A DNA stretch of 64,000 bases from a virus (lineage: Duplodnaviria; Caudoviricetes). Position numbers and translations under genes: made by a program. Within the stretch, counting starts at the first letter, position 1, and each line of letters opens with the position of its first letter. Where the stretch lies: the IMG/VR virus record IMGVR_UViG_3300032038_000021, positions 1-64,000 of that record, one strand, 5' to 3'. The notes below the pieces were generated by a model. The model searched no databases and was not told the DNA's origin. It worked only from the letters and a program-made list of their open reading frames with translations. Below, piece after piece: positions 31,647 to 42,524 of the stretch.

Positions 31647-32426
31647 ATGAAATTTAATACGTACTATTCTGATCGTGATCCGGCTAATGCTCTTAGTGTA
31701 AGTTATATAGCTCCTTATAATATGAGAAAGCATACTGAAGTAACTGCGGATGATTGTTATATTGAAATTACAGTTGGAGGTACATCTCCTGCTTGCCCTA
31801 AATTCAAAACTTATCAATTATCTTTAACTAAACCTGAATATAGGGAAAAGGTTTGGGGTGAAAGGATAATGAATGAATTAAAAGAGCCTATTGTTAAATG
31901 TATTAGAGATAGTTATAGACCGGCTATTTGGAGAATTAACAGTGAGGCTGGAAGAACTATTGTAGATTCTAATTGTCTTATTCCCGAGTATGAATCTTTA
32001 GAAACAAGGAATGATCCCATACTTAAACAGTATTTAGATTTTTATCTTCATAAACTTGTAATTCCGGATTTCGATGAATATTTCTTCGATGAAGAAGGGG
32101 ATTATTTTTCGGCTAATGCTCGTATTGGAATAACTATAAGATTTGTTTCCAATGGATATTACTACTATCCTGAAGTAAACGATGACGAGCATTATATTCT
32201 GGTAAGTATTATAGATCAGGATACTTACAAGTCAAAATGTTATAGAATTTCCTTATATGAACCTAAATACGTTTACAATAGCGATGATCTTCCTGAAGAT
32301 GATAGAGATCTTGTTATTAAGACTATTATAAAGAATTATAAGGAGGGTTTACAATCTATAAATAATTGTCGGGGTAGACAGGTGCTCGATCCTAACAGAC
32401 CGATTCCAGATTATAATCTACTGTAG
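31647..32426 (+). CDS. two-domain repeat protein (ISLxEPKY...PIPDY family)
   Basis: Paralog of 32509-33291 and 46290-46667. Confidence 0.7.
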   Translation: MKFNTYYSDRDPANALSVSYIAPYNMRKHTEVTADDCYIEITVGGTSPACPKFKTYQLSLTKPEYREKVWGERIMNELKEPIVKCIRDSYRPAIWRINSEAGRTIVDSNCLIPEYESLETRNDPILKQYLDFYLHKLVIPDFDEYFFDEEGDYFSANARIGITIRFVSNGYYYYPEVNDDEHYILVSIIDQDTYKSKCYRISLYEPKYVYNSDDLPEDDRDLVIKTIIKNYKEGLQSINNCRGRQVLDPNRPIPDYNLL

Positions 32427-32508
32427 TTTTAAGAGGATGGAGAAAATCCTATTGGAAACATTGCCGATTATAAAGGTAAGACTATAAAAATTTGCTAATG
32501 AGGATTTT

Positions 32509-33291
32509 ATGGTAGATAATTTTTATTCGTATTTCAGTGCGTGTGATCCAAAACATTATATCTGGATTAGCTATGAAGGTCCAAGTAATGCTAAAAGACA
32601 TCCTGAGATTACATCTGAAAGATTTAGTATAAAGATTGATCTTGGATTTGGTGGTATTCCACATCCTTATCTTATTACTTATCGTTTATATTTAGATAAA
32701 CCAGAATATCATTCCAGCTGGTTAACTCGTATAACGCCGAGTATGAAAGATCATATTATAAACTGTATCAATAATACTTATAAGGAAGCGATAGCAAAGA
32801 TTAATAAATCTGTACGTAGAGAGATTATTAATCCTGATAATCCTATTCCTGATTATAATGTATTAGAGACTGAAGAAGATGAAATATTAGATCAGTTTCT
32901 TGATTTCTATTTCAACCATCTTACTATAACTGATTTCGATAGTTATTTCTTCGATGAAGAAAATGATTGTTTTATGTATTTTATTCGTCAGGGAGTAACA
33001 TTGTTATACGTTTATAATTGTTCGTATGATTTCCATGAAGTAAATAGTGAACAATTTTATATTAAAATTCGTACTTATGATCGAGAGACGGATAAACGTA
33101 TTAACTATCGTATATCTTTAAATGAACCTAAGTATATCTATAAAAGTGCTAAACTTCCTGTAGATATTAGAGATAGTGTAATAGAAGCTATATTTAATAC
33201 TTACAGTAAAGGGTTGCAGGGATTTAATGAAGATATACATAAACAGGTATTCGATCCTAATAGACCGATTCCTGATTATTGGAAATTGTGA
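32509..33291 (+). CDS. two-domain repeat protein (ISLxEPKY...PIPDY family)
   Basis: Tandem paralog. Confidence 0.7.
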   Translation: MVDNFYSYFSACDPKHYIWISYEGPSNAKRHPEITSERFSIKIDLGFGGIPHPYLITYRLYLDKPEYHSSWLTRITPSMKDHIINCINNTYKEAIAKINKSVRREIINPDNPIPDYNVLETEEDEILDQFLDFYFNHLTITDFDSYFFDEENDCFMYFIRQGVTLLYVYNCSYDFHEVNSEQFYIKIRTYDRETDKRINYRISLNEPKYIYKSAKLPVDIRDSVIEAIFNTYSKGLQGFNEDIHKQVFDPNRPIPDYWKL

Positions 33292-33330
33292 TTTTGTGAG
33301 GATGGAGATTATTTCCATCCTCTTTATTTT

Positions 33331-33531
33331 TTATAACCACTTTAATCTTCTACACATATCGTCGAATGATTTCTCTTCAGAAGTATTTAATATTCTACTA
33401 CCTGTTCTACTATTTACGATAGCAAATACTCTCTTTCCGTTACTCATATATTCTTCAGCTTTACATCCATGATTAATAATAGCTTGTTGTGCTTGTAAGC
33501 TGCATCCCATTGCTTTAGTTGTTATTTTCAT
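33331..33531 (-). CDS. small hypothetical protein
   Basis: AAGGAGG RBS. Confidence 0.65.
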   Translation of the reverse strand: MKITTKAMGCSLQAQQAIINHGCKAEEYMSNGKRVFAIVNSRTGSRILNTSEEKSFDDMCRRLKWL

Positions 33532-33644
33532 AATAATACACCTCCTTTATTATATGTCGTATCATTAATACCAGTAAAGGTGCTAACCGTAACATTCCTA
33601 TAATGATACGAATTTTTAATCCTATTGAAAGGAGTTTTATTATT

Positions 33645-34541
33645 ATGATACGTACTGATTATTTTAACGACATGAAAGTCGGATATATTGTGAATGAATC
33701 CTTTATCCCCGGATTTACAGAAACAAATATTATCCGTGAAGATAAAGAAGGTAGATTAATTGCTGAGGCTAATCTTCAAACAGCAGATGAATTAAATCGT
33801 AATGGTAGAATTTATCCAGCAGATGAATTATTTCCTCAGTTGGTTTGTCCTAGAACTAGAGAATTATTAGAAGCAGGTTATTTCCGAGGCGAAATGGGTC
33901 ATCCACTTTCGACAGAATTAGTAAGACAACAGACTATAGACGATACTAGAACCTGTGTACAGTTCTTAAAGTTATGGACTGAAGGTAAGGATGTTAAAGG
34001 ATTATATAGAGGAACGAATAATGCTTTTGGTAAAGCTATTAATGAAGATCTTAAAGATGGATGCAAGCCAGCATTTTCGTTAAGAGCTCTTGGAACAATC
34101 GTTAAAGATCCTAGGGGTAATATTGTAAGAAATCTCCGTATTATTACTTATGATTGTGTAATATATCCTTCTCATCCTGGTGCTTATACTCATGGAATTA
34201 TTAATGAATCTGCTAATATAGAAGAGAAAAAGTCTCATCTTCAGTCTGTAGCAGAATCTGCTAATATAGATTACTATAGTGATATTCTTAATAATAATGA
34301 TAAGATTGTAGGATTTAATCATTCTGATGTAGTTAGTTATATCAAGAGTGAATCTGCTAATTTTAAATATATTAAAGAGAATTTTGATTTCATCTACGAT
34401 ACGATTACTATAGATGAATCTTGTAATAGAGTTATATTGGATACTAAAGAAGGTGATAAGATTTATGTAAATCTTGAGAAGTATATTCAGAATGAGATAA
34501 TGAATTATTGTGATCTTCAGGATCAGATTATAAGAAATTAA
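33645..34541 (+). CDS. prohead maturation protease (T4 gp21-like)
   Basis: NRNGRIY, GEMGHP (His), FSLRALG (Ser), YDCVIYPS motifs. Confidence 0.9.
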   Translation: MIRTDYFNDMKVGYIVNESFIPGFTETNIIREDKEGRLIAEANLQTADELNRNGRIYPADELFPQLVCPRTRELLEAGYFRGEMGHPLSTELVRQQTIDDTRTCVQFLKLWTEGKDVKGLYRGTNNAFGKAINEDLKDGCKPAFSLRALGTIVKDPRGNIVRNLRIITYDCVIYPSHPGAYTHGIINESANIEEKKSHLQSVAESANIDYYSDILNNNDKIVGFNHSDVVSYIKSESANFKYIKENFDFIYDTITIDESCNRVILDTKEGDKIYVNLEKYIQNEIMNYCDLQDQIIRN

Positions 34542-34566
34542 TTATTATATTAGGAGGTGATCTATA

Positions 34567-35361
34567 ATGGCGCTTGCTAATAATTATACTGATCTATTGA
34601 ATAAGATAGAAAGACGTTTAGGATTAATACCACTAGCACCACACTTACCAGAAGAATTAGGAAAGAAAGCTTGGGCTAAAGTAATTAAAGACGATACTAT
34701 GGTTACGTTCTCCAGATACTTTCCTTTAAAGGTAAGATTTGTGGTAAACGACGAAACTTGTCATAAGGTTAAAAGTGTTAATGGTACTACTGAATATATT
34801 ATAAAAGATGAATATCTTGGTGGTGCTAAACTATTAGGAGTAAGAGATATAGATTGGCAAGACTGTTCTGCTGATAACTTATCTGTAGGACAAACTGCTG
34901 GTTATGGATATTATATCCCTAATTATGGTGGAATGGAATCTACCTTTGAAGCATTCTTAGCACAACAGATGTCTGCTGATATAGCTTCATTATATAATAA
35001 CCAAATCTATATAGATTTTGAATATCCTAATAAGTTAAAGATAATGAGAGCTGGTAATGTAGATGTAAATCTTGCCAGTTTTGTAGTAGACTTATTAGTA
35101 GAGCATTCTAATTTACAGACTATATCTCCTACAAAGATGGAAACATTTGAGAGTCTTGCTCAATCAGATGTAGCAAGATTCTTATATATGAATCTTAGAT
35201 ATTATGATAATTTAGATACAATCTATATTAATATAGATCTTAAATTATCAGAATTAGAACAAGAAGGAAATAAGAGGGAACAGATTATCGATGATATTAA
35301 GAATGCTTATACATTAGCAGCATCAGATACAACTCCTCTTATTTGGTCAGTACCTGGATAA
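34567..35361 (+). CDS. putative neck/head-completion protein
   Basis: KIERRLG N-terminus reminiscent of T4 gp13-type neck proteins; follows protease. Confidence 0.5.
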   Translation: MALANNYTDLLNKIERRLGLIPLAPHLPEELGKKAWAKVIKDDTMVTFSRYFPLKVRFVVNDETCHKVKSVNGTTEYIIKDEYLGGAKLLGVRDIDWQDCSADNLSVGQTAGYGYYIPNYGGMESTFEAFLAQQMSADIASLYNNQIYIDFEYPNKLKIMRAGNVDVNLASFVVDLLVEHSNLQTISPTKMETFESLAQSDVARFLYMNLRYYDNLDTIYINIDLKLSELEQEGNKREQIIDDIKNAYTLAASDTTPLIWSVPG

Positions 35362-35393
35362 AAATAAAAAGAGTAGGGAATATTCCCTACTCT

Positions 35394-35558
35394 TTATTCT
35401 TCTATGTTTAATATTTTCTTTATTTCTGCTTCTGATAAATCTGCTATTTTTATTAATTCTATAAAATCATCTGTCTTTACTAATTGACGTTTACCAGTTT
35501 GATTATTTACTAATATTAAATGATTTTTCCAGAATTTCTTTTTCTGTCTTCTATTCAT
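35394..35558 (-). CDS. small hypothetical protein (54 aa)
   Basis: Manual translation MNRRQKKKFWK...; AGGAG RBS. Confidence 0.55.
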   Translation of the reverse strand: MNRRQKKKFWKNHLILVNNQTGKRQLVKTDDFIELIKIADLSEAEIKKILNIEE

Positions 35559-35569
35559 ATAATATTCTC

Positions 35570-35896
35570 CTATTTTTGGTATATATAGTTTTTTCCTTTA
35601 ACTCTTTTAATTCCATTATCAGCAATCTCATTGCATTTTCTTACCATATATTCTGGAGTTATATAATCATATATAGACCAATTCTCTATAACCTGTTTGT
35701 ATATAGATAGTTCTTTTTCGTATTTCTTTTTACAATATTTTTTAGACTGTTCTTCTCTATCAGATAACATTTCTTTTTTATAAGTCTTTCTAGCTTTTAT
35801 ATAATCTTCAGAAGCTACTTTAATTACACCAGCTATTAAATTATCGTAACAGTCACTATAATTATTACTAGAATAACTTTTTTCAAAATAATTCAT
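35570..35896 (-). CDS. hypothetical protein
   Basis: ORF with RBS-like GGTG. Confidence 0.6.
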   Translation of the reverse strand: MNYFEKSYSSNNYSDCYDNLIAGVIKVASEDYIKARKTYKKEMLSDREEQSKKYCKKKYEKELSIYKQVIENWSIYDYITPEYMVRKCNEIADNGIKRVKGKNYIYQK

Positions 35897-36006
35897 TGGT
35901 ATACTCTCACCACCTTTAACAATGAATTATTCCAATGTGGTTTTGTAATAAATTATTACATATATAACTATAATTTAAAAATGATACTAGCTACGACTAG
36001 TTATAT

Positions 36007-36090
36007 GCTGCTGTGATGGAACTGGCATACATAAGGGACTTAAAATCCCTCGGTAGAAATACCATGTGGGTTCGAATCCCACCAGCAGCA
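36007..36090 (+). tRNA. tRNA-Leu(TAA), CCA not encoded
   Basis: GCTGCTG/CAGCAGC acceptor, AGGGA-CTTAAAA-TCCCT anticodon arm, long variable arm, GGTTCGAATCC. Confidence 0.95.
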
Positions 36091-36156
36091 CTTGACCTTG
36101 CGATCAATCCACTTCGACTTATCCCAGTAGGTAATATTACCTACTGGGATTTGTTT

Positions 36157-36585
36157 TTATTTATTATTAAATACAAATGTAATTATAACTATTATTTGTA
36201 CCATATGAAATATTTGATCGGCTATCAAATTTATATCATTTGTATTTGCTTTTAAACTATCAATTAGGAAATGAAAACATGTATGAATAATTATTGATAC
36301 TAATATCGTTATTGGATTTATTGTATAAAATATCATAATTGGTAAATGAACAATGAAACTCCACATAAAACAATGCTCTAACATTGGCATCAGCCAATCT
36401 TTTTTACTTATCTTAAAACCATCTTGTCGTTTTGATTCTTGCTCTTTTAAATCTTTCCAGAATCTTACAGTTTTCATTTGACCCAATATACCTTGTAGAT
36501 TATAATCTGCTACTATATGAAAAAATAGCATAGTTATATAGAGAGTAAAATAGTTATAGGTTACAAATTCTTGAATTCCTTTCAT
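36157..36585 (-). CDS. DUF3307-like membrane protein
   Basis: H.VADYNLQ, H.LID..K, DQ.FH motifs. Confidence 0.75.
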   Translation of the reverse strand: MKGIQEFVTYNYFTLYITMLFFHIVADYNLQGILGQMKTVRFWKDLKEQESKRQDGFKISKKDWLMPMLEHCFMWSFIVHLPIMIFYTINPITILVSIIIHTCFHFLIDSLKANTNDINLIADQIFHMVQIIVIITFVFNNK

Positions 36586-36673
36586 AATAAATTCTCCTTA
36601 AAATAAAAATTTGCACAATGGTACCAAGTTTAACACTTCTATAATGATTACCTTATTTAATGGAGGAACGGCT

Positions 36674-39355
36674 ATGTCTAATATCGTAGATGGATTTGAT
36701 ATCAGAAAAAGAAAATTAATGAAGATGAATGAATCTACGGATTATGATATTCGTAGTAGTAAATATTGTGCTACTTTAAGTAATAGTATGAGAGAGGATC
36801 CTACTTATAATAATATATCTAAGTTTGTGGAAGAATGCTCTAATAATAAAGAAAATAGTAATGTTTATATACGTGAATGTATAGAAGCTGTTAATGAATA
36901 CGGGGATAAATATCCCCAGATTATTAATATTGTTTGTGATAGAGTAATTCCCAATTTAGATGATTTTACGATAAATGATATTAGAGAAGATTCTGATATG
37001 ATGCAGAATGAGAGTATTAGAAATAGTATTAATAGAATATATGAAATGAATACTGTAACTGATAGAATTCTTTCTAATCATGATAAGATTAATGAAGTTT
37101 ATGATGTAGAATCTTTAGTAGAAGATAGAATAGAAGAGGAAATATTAGTTACTAAAGTAGCTTCTATTATAAATGAATTTGATATGCCTACAGTTGGAAA
37201 ATTCTCTGCTACATTAGAAGAATTATCTTATATCGATCCTACTATAGATAAAGAAATTCTTGTAGATGAAGCTTATGATTATTTCTGTTTAGCTTGTGAT
37301 ACTGATAAAGAAATTAGAGAAGGTATGAAGAATGTTGTAAAGAATTCTCCGGTAATTCCTGATAGTATTAGAATTAATGAGAATTCTAAATATGATATTT
37401 ATGCCAATTATATCTATAGAGATAATCACAATATTCAATCTCTTGTAGAATTAAAGGATAAATTATTATCTTCTTCTAGTGAGCATATTAAGAATAAATT
37501 TAATTCTTTCTTAGAATTACTTACTAAGATTGTAACTAGTTCTTCTGATAAAGAATTGGTAAAATATATCTACGAGACTTTAATACCTGGATTAAAAGAT
37601 GAGATTATTAATAGATTATCTGGAGATCCAGATGGTTTAACTATTATGACAGCAATCAGATATTCTATCCAAAATAATATAGAGTTGTGTAATGATAAAT
37701 ATAATGTGTTGTATGATAATAATGGTACTGATATTTATCAATATATCAATGCTTTAAAGGCATTGGAGGAGTATATAGATAATACTAGAGATGTATTCTA
37801 CCCGTCATATAATGTAGAATGTATGACATATTCTTTAAATGAAACCAATGCTACAATATCATTACAGGAATTTAAATTATTTAAGTTTGATAATCTGATT
37901 ACTAGATTATGGAAAGCTGATAAATTTCTTCAGAAGAAATTTGATCAATTTAAGAATAGGGTTAAATCTAAAGTATATAAAGTAAGATCTAAGATATTTG
38001 AAAATTCTGATATTTATGAATTTTTAGATATTAATGGAAATATAGATTATTGTATTTCTAGTTTTGCTTATTCTCCAGATGCTGATATAATGGATTTACA
38101 CGAATATTGTACTAATTGTATCAGAGATATTAATAATGATATTTTCAATAATAGTGAATATGTGTGCTATTATGAAATTACCGGAGATACAATAGAGTTT
38201 AGAGTAAGATCTAATATGGTTTCTATTAGTCTTACAGAATCCGAAAGAATGAAACTGGATGAAATGATATCATATGAAGATATGAATAGAATTAGTGACG
38301 TATTATACGTTACAGATCTATTAAAAGAAAATTTTAATTTCGTAGATGAATCGGTTGGATTTTTCTCTAAGAAATCTAATTATGATAAATTTGGTACTTA
38401 TCTTGAATTATGCTCTACTGCTGGTATAGATAGAGAGATTATAGATCAAGTATACGAGAATACTCTTATCCGTTGTAGCGATCCTACTACGTTTATTATT
38501 AAGAATTCTTATTTATATGATTCTTATCATACTTCAGATGATAATATGGTGGATGTATCTTTAGAAGCTATTATCGGAATTCAAACTCTCTTTGAAGATG
38601 GAAATAATCTTACTGCTGCTGAGAAGAGGAGAGAGACTATTAGAAAGAAGAGAGAAGAACAACTCAGAAAGTGGGAAGAGGAAGAAGAAGACGAGGATGA
38701 AGATGAGGAAGATTCTAAAGTAAATAAAGATAAAGAAAAGAATAAGGATTTAAATAATAAGCTTACTGGTAATAAGAAACCGGAAGAGAATAAAAAAGAA
38801 GATAAGAAGCCTGTTAAACCTGATACTAAAGGTATGAGTCTTTTTAACAAAGTTAAATTATATTCTAAAGGATTATTACAATATGCTAGAACTGCTGGTA
38901 ATAAGATACGTGGTAAAGTTATGGATATGACCTCTTCTAGTGATAGATTAGGAGATGCTATAAAACGTGCTCTTATATCTGATAATAAGGAAGCTATTAT
39001 TAAAGGATCGGTAATACCTTCTTTCCATAAATGTATTATGATCTTTATTGGATTAGCAGGTCTTTGGGCTTTTAATCCGCCTTTAGCTATTGTAACTGCT
39101 ATTGGTGGATTTGCTGTAAGTAAGAATCTTACTAAGAAAGAAAGAGCTCTTATGTACGATGATGTAATGATAGAACTTAAGATAGTAGATAAAGAATTAC
39201 AGATGGCTGAAGATAAGAATCAAATTAAGAAGATGAGAGAATTAATGAGATTAAAGAAAGAATTAGAAAGAACTGCTGCTAGAATTCTTGTGGGTAGTAG
39301 TTTTAAGAAAGATTTAATTCCTGGCGGTTATTCTATAAATAGAGATAATGATTAA
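36674..39355 (+). CDS. large putative virion protein
   Basis: Late motif at 36632; many xxE-S sites; hydrophobic hairpin near C-terminus. Confidence 0.6.
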   Translation: MSNIVDGFDIRKRKLMKMNESTDYDIRSSKYCATLSNSMREDPTYNNISKFVEECSNNKENSNVYIRECIEAVNEYGDKYPQIINIVCDRVIPNLDDFTINDIREDSDMMQNESIRNSINRIYEMNTVTDRILSNHDKINEVYDVESLVEDRIEEEILVTKVASIINEFDMPTVGKFSATLEELSYIDPTIDKEILVDEAYDYFCLACDTDKEIREGMKNVVKNSPVIPDSIRINENSKYDIYANYIYRDNHNIQSLVELKDKLLSSSSEHIKNKFNSFLELLTKIVTSSSDKELVKYIYETLIPGLKDEIINRLSGDPDGLTIMTAIRYSIQNNIELCNDKYNVLYDNNGTDIYQYINALKALEEYIDNTRDVFYPSYNVECMTYSLNETNATISLQEFKLFKFDNLITRLWKADKFLQKKFDQFKNRVKSKVYKVRSKIFENSDIYEFLDINGNIDYCISSFAYSPDADIMDLHEYCTNCIRDINNDIFNNSEYVCYYEITGDTIEFRVRSNMVSISLTESERMKLDEMISYEDMNRISDVLYVTDLLKENFNFVDESVGFFSKKSNYDKFGTYLELCSTAGIDREIIDQVYENTLIRCSDPTTFIIKNSYLYDSYHTSDDNMVDVSLEAIIGIQTLFEDGNNLTAAEKRRETIRKKREEQLRKWEEEEEDEDEDEEDSKVNKDKEKNKDLNNKLTGNKKPEENKKEDKKPVKPDTKGMSLFNKVKLYSKGLLQYARTAGNKIRGKVMDMTSSSDRLGDAIKRALISDNKEAIIKGSVIPSFHKCIMIFIGLAGLWAFNPPLAIVTAIGGFAVSKNLTKKERALMYDDVMIELKIVDKELQMAEDKNQIKKMRELMRLKKELERTAARILVGSSFKKDLIPGGYSINRDND

Positions 39356-39370
39356 GGAGGATTTGTATAA

Positions 39371-40102
39371 ATGTTTGAGTTTGGTTCTCCGTTTGAAAAG
39401 TATAATAAATCTATATTCTTAGAAGCAGAGGATGACAACAATCAGCAACAAGATAATGATAATGCTAATGATCAACCCGATGCTCCTGCAAATGATGCTG
39501 ATACTGGGGATGATAATACAGAACCTACTGATAGTGATTTTGATATAGATACAACTGACGATACCCCTACCGATGATGGTATGAATACTGGTGGTGGAGA
39601 TGATAATACAGATAATAACAGTAATAACGATAGCTCTAATAGCTCTGGTGATTCTGAAGCTGCTGTAGATACTGCGGCTAAGAAAAGAGATAGAGAAATA
39701 TTTGATTCTCTTTCAGCAGAAGAACAGAAATTAAAGACAGTTAAATTAAAAGAACTGTTTATGAAGTTATACTCTCGTTGTGGTCAAATTATAGAGAAAT
39801 ACGATTCTCTTGGTGTAAGATATGAAGATCTTACTGAACCGATAAAGAATTCTGTAAATGCTTTATATGGTTTAAAAGATACCATATCTTCATATTTATT
39901 ATATCTATTTGATTCTAAAACTTATTTAGAGAATGATATTATGTTTAATAGATTCTTAGTAGCTATGAATCAGATTAAGTTAATTACTAAAGATATGAGA
40001 GATAGTCATAAGGAAGAGATAGAAGCTGTTAAGAGTAATACACCTCTTAATGATAAAGATATCGAAAAAGAAAAGAGTACACCAAATACAAATAATAACT
40101 AA
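39371..40102 (+). CDS. acidic putative virion protein
   Basis: FLEAE then D/N-rich tract. Confidence 0.55.
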   Translation: MFEFGSPFEKYNKSIFLEAEDDNNQQQDNDNANDQPDAPANDADTGDDNTEPTDSDFDIDTTDDTPTDDGMNTGGGDDNTDNNSNNDSSNSSGDSEAAVDTAAKKRDREIFDSLSAEEQKLKTVKLKELFMKLYSRCGQIIEKYDSLGVRYEDLTEPIKNSVNALYGLKDTISSYLLYLFDSKTYLENDIMFNRFLVAMNQIKLITKDMRDSHKEEIEAVKSNTPLNDKDIEKEKSTPNTNNN

Positions 40103-40142
40103 AAAGAAAGCTCGGTAGGATAAAACCTACCGAGCAATATTT

Positions 40143-40361
40143 TCAATCATGCCAGACTTCTAACCCTGCTTTGTCAAGCAGAAACAGAACAAGCCAATAT
40201 CCTAACCCGAAGATAGCAAAGAACGAACCCTTCAGGATTCGATTCTTTCTCTTTGTTTCTACAGTATCTTCATCTGACTCCAGACTATCTGCGATAGTAG
40301 TACCAATGATTCCTCCAAGAACTACCAACAGCCAATCCCATGCATGTTTCTTCATTTTCAT
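40143..40361 (-). CDS. small two-TM membrane protein
   Basis: GGAGG RBS, two hydrophobic segments. Confidence 0.65.
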   Translation of the reverse strand: MKMKKHAWDWLLVVLGGIIGTTIADSLESDEDTVETKRKNRILKGSFFAIFGLGYWLVLFLLDKAGLEVWHD

Positions 40362-40465
40362 TTCCTCCTGTATGAATTTATTATATTGATTACATTTTTA
40401 TAATATAAGAGTATAGAGATTATCTAGTAAACAAATACATTAAATAGGAAACAAATATATCTCGA

Positions 40466-40636
40466 TTATTTAAAGTATTGCTTGGATTTTAAATAATCTA
40501 AAATAAACTTCTGCATTACAGAAGCTTCATGCCTACTGGGTAAATTAGTTATACTAATCAATCCAGCATCAATCATATTCTGTATCTTTATCCTGGCTTG
40601 GTCGGACAAACCAGGATATGAATACGAAGTTTGCAT
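40466..40636 (-). CDS. 56-aa protein in divergent copy of the MNLG module
   Basis: Manual translation MQTSYSYPGLSDQARIKIQNMIDAG...; same leader TGATATAAGAGTATAG and GGAGG. Confidence 0.65.
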   Translation of the reverse strand: MQTSYSYPGLSDQARIKIQNMIDAGLISITNLPSRHEASVMQKFILDYLKSKQYFK

Positions 40637-40761
40637 AATATTTACCTCCTATAAAAGTATTTCTCTATACTCTTATATCAGAGATATAATATATTATTAT
40701 ATTTAGCAACTTTTACGAAAAAAGAAATATCCCGGTAGGTATTATTACCTACCGGGTGATT

Positions 40762-41172
40762 TTATTCAAATCTGATCATATCTTCTTTCTTCCATCCTGT
40801 AACTGTATATTTGACTGTATGATCTATAGGGTCTATGATTTTCAGATTCATAGTAGCTTTACTGATCGGAGGAAAACCAATTCTATCAAACATCTTAAGA
40901 AGTTTCTCGTTTTTCTTCCCGTCATAAGTCTTAAACTCAGTATTATGATATACAAAGGTATTGACAATAGCTTCATCTATTGGTTTTCCTTGACTCAGCA
41001 ACACGTTTATGCTTTTAATATCCATAACGTGAAATCGAAAATAATTATCTTTCTCTTTATTTTCCCTAAACGATATAATGAAATGATCGTCTTTATACTT
41101 ATTCTGAAATTTATATAACTTAGATAATTGGACCTGTTTCACCATATCCATTAACGTTATCTTATTTTCCAT
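40762..41172 (-). CDS. hypothetical protein
   Basis: GGAGGAG RBS. Confidence 0.7.
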   Translation of the reverse strand: MENKITLMDMVKQVQLSKLYKFQNKYKDDHFIISFRENKEKDNYFRFHVMDIKSINVLLSQGKPIDEAIVNTFVYHNTEFKTYDGKKNEKLLKMFDRIGFPPISKATMNLKIIDPIDHTVKYTVTGWKKEDMIRFE

Positions 41173-41180
41173 TACTCCTC

Positions 41181-41480
41181 CTATATCTTTAATTCTAAAA
41201 ACCCTATCCTTGATAAAAATTCACCAAGAGATTCATCTGGATAGCTTACAACAAAAGCTTGTTGAATACCTTGTTTTATAGCTTTTTTGATCATGTAATT
41301 TAAATAGATAGTATTGATCGTAATATTGGTATCTTTCGGCAATTTAAATATTTTAGCATTAATTTTGCTAGTTAAAATCCAATTACAATTTTCCGTCCGA
41401 TAAAGAAGAAAATCAGTAGTATCAAATATAGGTCTTATATTAATATTGATTTTTGGTTTATTAAAGAAGCGGGTAGACAT
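41181..41480 (-). CDS. hypothetical protein
   Basis: AAGGAG RBS. Confidence 0.6.
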   Translation of the reverse strand: MSTRFFNKPKININIRPIFDTTDFLLYRTENCNWILTSKINAKIFKLPKDTNITINTIYLNYMIKKAIKQGIQQAFVVSYPDESLGEFLSRIGFLELKI

Positions 41481-41539
41481 CGTGCACTTCTCCTTCCATA
41501 TTATTAGCCCTTTTCATTATCTAATAATTTTATCTTAGT

Positions 41540-41863
41540 TTATTTTCCAATCACTATTCCTACTTTCATTGAAAAATTATTATTCATCTCTTCATAATTC
41601 TTTAAGTTATATTTTTTATCGTGCTTATCTTCTAAAATAGCAGATCCAAATACTACTTGAAATTTTGCTATCAAATCTTTCTGTTCTTCTGTAAGATTAG
41701 AATAGAAATCGGATAGATAATCACGACACGCAAATCTTTCTCCGTTAATACTCCTTATATTTAAATCCGAATACTCTTTTCTAGTAACCTCAGTATTAAA
41801 TATTGATCCCATTTCATTACATGTATCATAATATCTTTTAAATGACTTCATTAAATCTTTCAT
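41540..41863 (-). CDS. tandem paralog 3 (LSDFYSxLTEEQK family)
   Basis: Similar to the two adjacent ORFs. Confidence 0.75.
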   Translation of the reverse strand: MKDLMKSFKRYYDTCNEMGSIFNTEVTRKEYSDLNIRSINGERFACRDYLSDFYSNLTEEQKDLIAKFQVVFGSAILEDKHDKKYNLKNYEEMNNNFSMKVGIVIGK

Positions 41864-42171
41864 ATTTTATTTTTTATTACTCCTTTCATTGAAAAAGTCT
41901 TATTCAGCATAACATAATTCTTTAAGTTATACTCTTTGTCTTTTTTATCTTCTGCAAGAACAGATCCAAATAATACACGAAACTCTGCTATTAATTTTTT
42001 CTGTTCCTCTGTAAGTTGAGAATACCAATCAGATAGATAATTACGACATAAAAATCTTTCTCCTTTAATACTCTTTATATTTAAATCTTTATATTTCGCA
42101 TCATTCAATAAGCAATCAATTTCATTACGTGTATCACGAAATCTTTCAAATGACTTCATTAAATCTTCCAT
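41860..42171 (-). CDS. tandem paralog 2
   Basis: As above. Confidence 0.75.
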   Translation of the reverse strand: MEDLMKSFERFRDTRNEIDCLLNDAKYKDLNIKSIKGERFLCRNYLSDWYSQLTEEQKKLIAEFRVLFGSVLAEDKKDKEYNLKNYVMLNKTFSMKGVIKNKI

Positions 42172-42524
42172 TTTACTCCTCCTTTTATTGAAAATTTATT
42201 ATTCAACTCTTCATAGTTCTTTAAATTGTACTCTTTATCTTGATTATCTTCTGTAATAGCAGATCCTAATAACACATGAAACTTTGCTATAAATTTCTTC
42301 TGTTCTTCTGTAAGCTGAGAATAAAAATCTGATAAACATTTGCGGTATATAAATCCATCTCCATTAATACCCATTTCATTCAGATCGTCATACTCTTTTT
42401 TATTATATTCATTATTAAAAAAGTAAGTTATTTCATTATTTGTAGCATCATATCTTTTAAGCTCTTCCATTGCTATTTTATATTTTCTTACTCCTTCAAG
42501 TTCAGAAATACCAATAGTTACCAT
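42159..42524 (-). CDS. tandem paralog 1
   Basis: As above; early motif 42565-42574. Confidence 0.75.
   Translation of the reverse strand: MVTIGISELEGVRKYKIAMEELKRYDATNNEITYFFNNEYNKKEYDDLNEMGINGDGFIYRKCLSDFYSQLTEEQKKFIAKFHVLLGSAITEDNQDKEYNLKNYEELNNKFSIKGGVKWKI

Noticed and set aside
36013-36255. 80-aa ORF
   Set aside because: Overlaps the tRNA-Leu and a terminator hairpin.
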